A stretch of 28,526 nucleotides of DNA from Nanobdellati archaeon (GTDB lineage Archaea > EX4484-52 > GLR71). The notes beneath the pieces were generated by a model. It was given only the letters and a program-made list of their open reading frames with translations. It did no database searches and had not been told where the DNA came from. The stretch lies in assembly GCA_019429005.1 (NCBI GenBank), contig JAHYJR010000009.1, positions 1 through 28,526 of the forward strand, written 5' to 3'. The position numbers and the translations under genes are program-made. This document shows positions 26,316-28,526 of the stretch, one piece after another. The stretch's first letter is position 1, and each line of letters opens with the position of its first letter.

Positions 26316-28526
26316 TCACTTCAACTTAAATGCCAGCTTAATCTTTGCGCCGCCAAGAGACAATTCCTTAATATCAAGACCTTGTGGTATCTTAAGTTCA
26401 AGCAAATCAGCTTGAACTGGATGTTTTATAATATCTGCAAATTTATCAAGGCAACCTAAAACCATCTTATCAGTTGTTTCAATATATAGCTCAATCCGGT
26501 TTTCAATCGTTAGTTTAAGTTCTTTACGATAACCATTCATCTTATGAATCAAATCTCGTGACAAACCTTCTTGAATAAGTGCATCAGTTAGTTTTGTGTC
26601 GAACTTTAAAGATAACGTTTTACCATCTTTAAGATTAACTTTCTTGACATTAACCTCTTCTTTTATAAGATCAAGATATTCAACTTCTAATTTGACACCA
26701 GAAATTTCAAGACTTGCAAGAACTTGTTTAACAGGAATTCCGCATTTCTCACGCTCAACCATAGATTTACTCACAATATCCCTTGTCAAATCCATATTTT
26801 CGCTAAGCTCAATAGAAATCAGTTTCGTTTTAGCTTTGGGCCAAGATTCAAGATGTACAGATTCACATTTTGTTTCCTTATTTACAGAAAGATATATTGA
26901 TTCTGCAATAAATGGCGTTATTGGAGCCATAACTTTTGAGAGATTCACAAGAACATATGCAAGTGTTTTTATTGCACCATCTTTTGTTTTTTGGTCTGCA
27001 CTTTTGAACCTATCTCGACTTCGCCTTACATACCAAGTAGACAATTCATCAATAAAGGAAAGTACACTACTTGAGGCTGTTATCGTATCGTATTCTTCAA
27101 GAGATTTTGTAACACCCTTAATAAGAAGATTAATCTCACTTACAATCCACCTATCCATTATATGATCATTTGACGGTTTATCTACAACAGTATTATCTTT
27201 ACCAAACAAGCCATAGAAACTGTTGACATTACCAAGCAACATAATCAGTTTCCTATATATCTCTTTAACACCATCTTCCCTAAAATTCATATCTTGAGCT
27301 CGAGTTAGTTGCGATGACATAAGGTAGAACCTTAGACAATCTGCACCATATTGTTCAAAAATCTTATTTGGACTAGGGAAATTCTTTTTGGATTTAGACA
27401 TCTTACTCCCATCTTCAGCAAGTATGTTTCCACTAACAACAACATTCTTGAATGGTATCTTATCAAAAAGAATTACAGATAACACATTCATATAATAGAA
27501 CCACGTACGAACCTGTCCAACATATTCTGACACGAAATCAGATGGGTAATTATCATCAAAATGTGCTTTATTTTCAAAAGGATAATGCTTTGCAGCAAAA
27601 GGCATACTTCCAGACTCAAACCAACAATCTAGAATCTCAGGTATTCTTGTCATTTTTTTGCCACAATCGCATTTGAGATGAATCTTATCAACTATATGCT
27701 TATGAAGATCAACATCATCTTGAACTTTCTCTATAGCATGTTCTTTAAGTTCAGCTATACTACCAATTACAATAGACTTTCCGCAACAGACATCATCACA
27801 GACCCACATTGGAATTGATGTACCCCAATAACGGTTTCTTGATATTGTCCAATCAGGAGCAGTTTCAATAATGTTTTTTGCACGCTTATGTTTGATGCTT
27901 CCAGGATACCAATTAATCTCCTCATTTTTTTCAATCAATCTAGGTTTTATTTTTTGAATGTTTACAAACCAAGAATCAACCGCATTATAGAAAAGTGGTG
28001 TTTCACATCTATAACAGAACGGATATGAATGCGCATAATCATCTGCTTTAAATAATAAATTGCGTTCGTTCAAATCATCAAGTACAAGCTTATCTGATTT
28101 TTTGAACCAGTTACCAAGCCATTCTTTAGGTCCAAGCACAAGCTTACCACCGGAATTAACATGTTGGATTATCGGAAGATTATGCTTTTTAATCATCTCA
28201 TAATCAAATTCACCATAGATTGCCATGTGGACTATACCAGTACCATCTTCAGAAGATACGTCAGAGCCACCATCTATTATGTAATGACCTTTCTTATCTG
28301 AAGGTATGACATATAATGGCTCATAATCCTTACCAAGAAGAGCTTTACCTTTTAAGGTGTCAATCACTTTGTAAGGTTTATCCATAACAACATCAAGACG
28401 ATCTTTAGCAAGTATGAAAAACTGATTGTCTTTTTCAACTTTTACATAAGACAATTTAGAATTAACTGCAAGTGCAACGTTACCAATAAGTGTCCATGGA
28501 GTTGTTGTCCATGCAAGGACAAATGT
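26316..28526 (-). CDS. ileS: Isoleucyl-tRNA synthetase (5' part outside the window)
   Basis: AWTTTPWTL at the window edge, GTGIVH, DWTISRNRYWG, CWFESGSMPF, KMSKS, STWYVRRSR. Confidence 0.96.
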   Translation of the reverse strand, partial: TFVLAWTTTPWTLIGNVALAVNSKLSYVKVEKDNQFFILAKDRLDVVMDKPYKVIDTLKGKALLGKDYEPLYVIPSDKKGHYIIDGGSDVSSEDGTGIVHMAIYGEFDYEMIKKHNLPIIQHVNSGGKLVLGPKEWLGNWFKKSDKLVLDDLNERNLLFKADDYAHSYPFCYRCETPLFYNAVDSWFVNIQKIKPRLIEKNEEINWYPGSIKHKRAKNIIETAPDWTISRNRYWGTSIPMWVCDDVCCGKSIVIGSIAELKEHAIEKVQDDVDLHKHIVDKIHLKCDCGKKMTRIPEILDCWFESGSMPFAAKHYPFENKAHFDDNYPSDFVSEYVGQVRTWFYYMNVLSVILFDKIPFKNVVVSGNILAEDGSKMSKSKKNFPSPNKIFEQYGADCLRFYLMSSQLTRAQDMNFREDGVKEIYRKLIMLLGNVNSFYGLFGKDNTVVDKPSNDHIMDRWIVSEINLLIKGVTKSLEEYDTITASSSVLSFIDELSTWYVRRSRDRFKSADQKTKDGAIKTLAYVLVNLSKVMAPITPFIAESIYLSVNKETKCESVHLESWPKAKTKLISIELSENMDLTRDIVSKSMVEREKCGIPVKQVLASLEISGVKLEVEYLDLIKEEVNVKKVNLKDGKTLSLKFDTKLTDALIQEGLSRDLIHKMNGYRKELKLTIENRIELYIETTDKMVLGCLDKFADIIKHPVQADLLELKIPQGLDIKELSLGGAKIKLAFKLK

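Overview
AT-rich archaeal chromosomal window. Gene content and protein style suggest a small-genome DPANN-type archaeon (inference). The right two-thirds is mostly housekeeping: a HerA-like ATPase, an M50 protease, a type IV pilus locus (pilin, two TadC/FlaJ-type proteins, an assembly ATPase with a 36-bp coding tandem repeat), rtcB-archease, tRNA-Ser(GGA), rpsJ-tuf-fusA and a partial ileS. The left end (about 1.3-8.6 kb) is the unusual part. A methanogenesis-marker-14 (DUF2114) gene and a tiny MtrF-like single-TM gene are transcribed divergently from an operon encoding a soluble MtrA-MtrH fusion, a tandem-duplicated and degenerate thymidylate-synthase-fold protein, and a broken PHP phosphoesterase. 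A ParB/Srx-like gene, a 14-bp x ~15.6 non-coding tandem repeat and a dTMP kinase follow. This looks like methanogen Mtr parts repurposed as a cobamide-dependent methyl relay to a pyrimidine nucleotide (hypothesis). All family calls come from motif recognition by eye; no database searches were run.
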